A stretch of DNA of 64,000 nt from Callorhinchus milii (lineage: Eukaryota). Below the pieces are notes generated by a model that worked only from the letters and a program-made list of their open reading frames with translations, ran no database searches and was not told where the DNA came from. Where the stretch lies: the NCBI RefSeq assembly GCF_018977255.1, contig NW_024704743.1, positions 80,850,001 to 80,914,000 of the forward strand, in the 5' to 3' direction. The position numbers were made by a program, and so were the translations under genes. Shown in pieces: positions 63,032 through 64,000 of the stretch (position 1 is the first letter of the stretch; each line of letters starts with the position of its first letter).

Positions 63032-64000
63032 TTTGATTTTTAATCACAGAAATTGCTTGAAATATTCTACAGAAAATCTACTTTTTACTTTTTTGGAGGG
63101 GACACTAAACCAGGTTAACATTTATGCCGCTAAAAATCTATGCTTTTAAAACTGATCAATAACTTTTTTGCTGAAGATCTACTGCTTTTGTCTTCTGCAA
63201 GGTTGGTAGTTATGCACACCTGAAGTCTTTCCTCTTCGACCATGCCTTCAGTCATCTCCCCTCTCTTTATGGCTGTTTCAGCATCAAACACTCTGAGACC
63301 CTACTGCATGAACAACGCTATATAAATACAAGTTATTGTTGTTTTTAATGAGCAAAGGACTTGAAATGGGAATCTGGCTTTTAGCTACCTTTCGCCAAAC
63401 AGCAGATCCATTTGACAAAGCTGAACACCAATTTAAAGAATGCATACTGAGGAAATGCAGCAGGGGAATATTGATGAAATAAAATTCCTTTGCAATCCAC
63501 TCTGTCTATTTTTTTTAAAAAAGGAATGAACTATGACAGGTTGGCTAATGCATTTCACTTACAAACACTGCTTTCAAAGCAAGCAAATTTGCATACCTGC
63601 ACCTAGAAACAAGTTGGACTTGTTTGGCATGTTTCCCATTAGGTAACACAGTTTCAATTGTTTTCCAGCCACCCAGATTGGCACTAACCTGAAAACTGCA
63701 GTTTTAAACCTTGAGTCCTGGCTGTAAACGACTATCCGAAGTCAGTTTATGTTTAACCATAGTAACAGTGGGAATGTCAGGTCCAACTTAATTGTTAAAA
63801 CACCAAATAAACACTCTCAGGCCACTTTCGTTTTGATCAAAAAATACTGCAGTGCCACTGCTTAATTTTACCTGTACTATTACCACTTGGTCAACACATT
63901 TCCATTGGAACACCTGCAAAGGTATTTTTCCCACAAAATATACAGTCAATTCACTTTGCAGTATATTCTGTGAAGGGCTTTGAAACGTCTCGAAGACATG

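Noticed and set aside
1..64000. CRISPR arrays, operons or other prokaryotic systems
   Set aside because: The window is intron-containing vertebrate DNA, and no regularly spaced repeat-spacer array was seen.

Overview
Eukaryotic (vertebrate) genomic DNA, repeat-rich. The DeuSINE, L2, CR1 and Penelope content suggests a cartilaginous fish, possibly a chimaera (inference). It holds two divergently transcribed multi-exon genes that I reconstructed by hand from GT-AG splice sites and exon phases. (1) A secreted TNF-receptor decoy at the TNFRSF11B/osteoprotegerin position: minus strand, 4 coding exons (20800-20771, 16433-16031, 5437-5222, 904-591), 320 aa. (2) Collectin-10 (COLEC10): plus strand, 6 coding exons (38767-38899, 48266-48337, 50200-50271, 52666-52719, 54266-54361, 56462-56853), 272 aa. 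Most of the rest is mobile DNA: L2 and CR1 LINE fragments, tRNA-derived SINEs with L2 tails, DeuSINEs, a decayed hAT (Charlie/GTF2IRD2-like) transposase, Penelope-like fragments and small MITEs. Main observations: the OPG-locus protein has a single C-terminal death-like domain, DcR3-like motifs and an odd cysteine count. COLEC10 carries a COLEC11-type EPN sugar-binding motif. A U2 snRNA 5' fragment is fused to an L2 3' end. Penelope termini carry degenerate minimal hammerhead ribozyme motifs. A SINE family appears to have taken on the 3' stem-loop of the young L2. Several 45-100 bp local templated duplications are present. I found no evidence of a wholly new multi-gene system. Comparisons with human proteins are from memory, not from an alignment run here.
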